Assembly (NCBI GenBank): GCA_964526125.1
Contig: CAZGKQ010000002.1
Coordinates: forward strand, 1-28,642
Origin: an uncultured Faecalibacterium sp.
Lineage (GTDB): Bacteria > Bacillota > Clostridia > Christensenellales > Aristaeellaceae
Direction: 5' to 3'
Length of the DNA: 28,642 bases
The notes below the pieces were generated by a model. The model saw only the letters and a program-made list of their open reading frames with translations. It was not told the DNA's origin and ran no database searches. Every line of letters begins with the position of its first letter. Position 1 is the stretch's first letter. Shown here piece by piece: positions 26,670-28,642 of this stretch. The position numbers and the translations under genes are program-made.

Positions 26670-26732
26670 GGGCGGATAACGAACCGCTGCGGGCGACGTT
26701 ATCCGCCCTTACTTTACCTTCTTTTGCCTTTT
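26670..26732 (+). terminator. Intrinsic terminator of the uptake operon
   Basis: Perfect 12-bp stem GGGCGGATAACG (26670-26681) / CGTTATCCGCCC (26697-26708), followed by T-rich TTACTTTACCTTCTTTTGCCTTTT. Confidence 0.7.
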
Positions 26733-26768
26733 AACTTTCAAAATGTCCGAATTGGGGAGGTTTGTGCC

Positions 26769-28642
26769 ATGCAGACAAGTGGTTTTCCTTTTCCTCCGCT
26801 GCGTGCGGATGAAGTTCCGTCCCTGAAAGCTTTCTATCAGGACGATTTCCGCATCGGTGCGGCCATTGTCCCTCAGTGGCTGAACGATGCAGGCAAGGCA
26901 GCAGCCCTGCGCAGGCACTTTTCCTCCCTTTCGGCGGAAAACGTCGCCAAGCCGGAGTCGCTGCTCAGCCGCGCCGCCACCATCGCCGCCGGGAGCAACA
27001 CGCGCGCCGTGTTCACCCTCACGCCCATGCGCACGCTGATGGACTGGGCGGCAGAAAACGGCCTGACCGTGCGCTTCCATGTGCTGGTGTGGCACAATCA
27101 GACGCCGCGCTGGTTCTTTACCGAAGGCTGGTCTGACGCACCGGATGCGCCGCTGGTCAGCCGCGAAGTGATGCAGGAGCGCATGCGCCATTACATCTGC
27201 GATGTGATGCGCGAGGTCAACGCCGCCTGGCCGGGGCTGGTGTACGCGTGGGATGTGGTGAATGAGGCCATCGAGCCGGATCATCACGCCCCCAACTGCT
27301 TCCGCACCAAATCGTGCTGGTATCAGATTTTCGGGGAAGACTTCGTGCCCGAGGCCTTCCGCATCGCCCGAGCCTGCCGCGTCAACGGGCAGAAGCTGTT
27401 CTACAACGACTTCAACGTCGCCCAGCCGGAGAAGACCCCGTGGGTCTACCAGCTGGTCAAACGCCTGAACGATGAAGGACTGATTGACGGCGTTGGTTTC
27501 CAGACGCACATTGGGCTGGATTACCCCTCCTTCGCCGACTACGAACAGGCCATCCGCGATTTTGCTGCGCTGGGGCTGACCATCGAAAGCACGGAAATGG
27601 ACATCCGCGTGGACGACGCGTCTCCGCTGGCGCAGATGCGTCTGGCCGTGCGCTACCGCGACTACTTCCGGATGATGCGCCGTCTCCGCCGGGAGGGGCT
27701 GCCGATTGACTCCATCACCCTCTGGGGACTGACGGACGATCGCTCCTGGCTGCTGAACTGGAAGGGCACGGGCAATCCGCTGCTCTTTGACGGCATGCTG
27801 CGTGCCAAGGCCGCCTACTGGGGCGCGATGCTGGACGAGCGGATTCCGGAAACGGCAGACCATCTGCCCGATCCGCCGCTGACGCTGGAAGCGCCCATCA
27901 AGCCGCTGGAGGAACACAATCCGGTTGTCACCCACGTTTTCGGTGCTGACCCGTGGGTGATGGTCTGGCAGGATCGTGCCTACCTCTATCTAACCGCCGA
28001 CGCGCCGGATTACAGCGATCAGGGAAGCATTCTGGAAAATCACTACGGTCACATTCATTCGCTGCGCTGCTTCTCTTCCGCCGATCTGGTCAACTGGACG
28101 GATCACGGCGAAATTCCGGCAGCCGGCCTGGATGGATTGGCCAAATGGGCACGCAATTCCTGGGCACCCTGCGCCGCCCACAAGACGATTGACGGACAGG
28201 AGCATTTCTTCCTGTATTTCGCCGACAGCGGCAACGGCATCGGCGTGCTGGAAGCCCTCTCCCCCACCGGTCCGTTCCGCGATCCGCTGGGACAACCGCT
28301 CATCAGCCGGAAAACGCCGCTGTGCGACAGCGTCAAATGGCTGTTTGACCCGGCCGTGCTGGTCGATGAGGACGGACAGGGCTATCTGTACTTTGGCGGC
28401 GGCGTGCCGGAAGGTCTGGAAGCAGCTCCGGGAACGGGACGCTGCGTCCGCCTGGGCGCGAATATGATTTCGCTGGCGGAAAATCCCGTTGTGCTGGATG
28501 CGCCCTATCTGTTTGAGGATTCCGGCATCAACCGGGTTGGCAGCCACTACGTTTATTCTTACTGCACCAACTTCGATGTTCGCGACGCTTCCCTCCCCTT
28601 CGCCAGCGGCGAAATCTGCACCATGATTTCCGATTCGCCCCT
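26769..28642 (+). CDS. GH10 xylanase - GH43 (XynD-like arabinoxylan arabinofuranohydrolase) fusion, 3' partial (>624 aa), no signal peptide
   Basis: Translated by hand from ATG 26769 (RBS GGGGAGG), open to the window end. GH10: ENVAKP, RFHVLVWHNQTP, YAWDVVNE (27249-27266), KLFYNDFN, DGVGFQTH, STEMD, ITLWG. GH43: FGADP (27939-27953), NSWAP, WLFDPAV, YLYFGGG, YLFEDSG, YSYCTNF. Confidence 0.92.
   Translation, partial: MQTSGFPFPPLRADEVPSLKAFYQDDFRIGAAIVPQWLNDAGKAAALRRHFSSLSAENVAKPESLLSRAATIAAGSNTRAVFTLTPMRTLMDWAAENGLTVRFHVLVWHNQTPRWFFTEGWSDAPDAPLVSREVMQERMRHYICDVMREVNAAWPGLVYAWDVVNEAIEPDHHAPNCFRTKSCWYQIFGEDFVPEAFRIARACRVNGQKLFYNDFNVAQPEKTPWVYQLVKRLNDEGLIDGVGFQTHIGLDYPSFADYEQAIRDFAALGLTIESTEMDIRVDDASPLAQMRLAVRYRDYFRMMRRLRREGLPIDSITLWGLTDDRSWLLNWKGTGNPLLFDGMLRAKAAYWGAMLDERIPETADHLPDPPLTLEAPIKPLEEHNPVVTHVFGADPWVMVWQDRAYLYLTADAPDYSDQGSILENHYGHIHSLRCFSSADLVNWTDHGEIPAAGLDGLAKWARNSWAPCAAHKTIDGQEHFFLYFADSGNGIGVLEALSPTGPFRDPLGQPLISRKTPLCDSVKWLFDPAVLVDEDGQGYLYFGGGVPEGLEAAPGTGRCVRLGANMISLAENPVVLDAPYLFEDSGINRVGSHYVYSYCTNFDVRDASLPFASGEICTMISDSP

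Noticed and set aside
26709-26768. Dedicated promoter for the GH10-GH43 gene
   Set aside because: No -35/-10 pair with acceptable spacing. Read-through or an upstream promoter cannot be resolved from sequence.

Overview
High-GC Bacillota (Clostridia-like) chromosomal window with canonical AAGGAGG RBSs and sigma70 promoters. The left half (minus strand) carries a translationally coupled Gld-like ABC exporter operon (ATPase, permease, GldG-like, DUF4340-like), a 163-bp palindromic MITE-like element, a small secreted protein, a ~1620-aa Pro/Thr-linked SdrD-B/CnaB-repeat surface protein, a GH27 enzyme with the beta-L-arabinopyranosidase DIQW signature, and an AraC regulator. The right half (plus strand, divergent from araC) is a 13-kb, nine-gene glycan-uptake operon. 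It encodes a 967-aa membrane-anchored CBM-CBM-helical-SBP protein, two separate CUT1 permease pairs flanking an NHL/TPR membrane protein, a YIP1-like protein and an 860-aa DUF5696-like protein, and a second non-lipoprotein SBP. No importer ATPase is present. The operon is followed by a signal-peptide-less GH10-GH43 fusion that is absent from the ORF track because it runs off the window. The best candidate for an uncharacterised system is this dual-ABC plus NHL/YIP1/DUF5696 surface capture/import machine. All family assignments come from motif recognition by eye and were not checked by HMM or BLAST.
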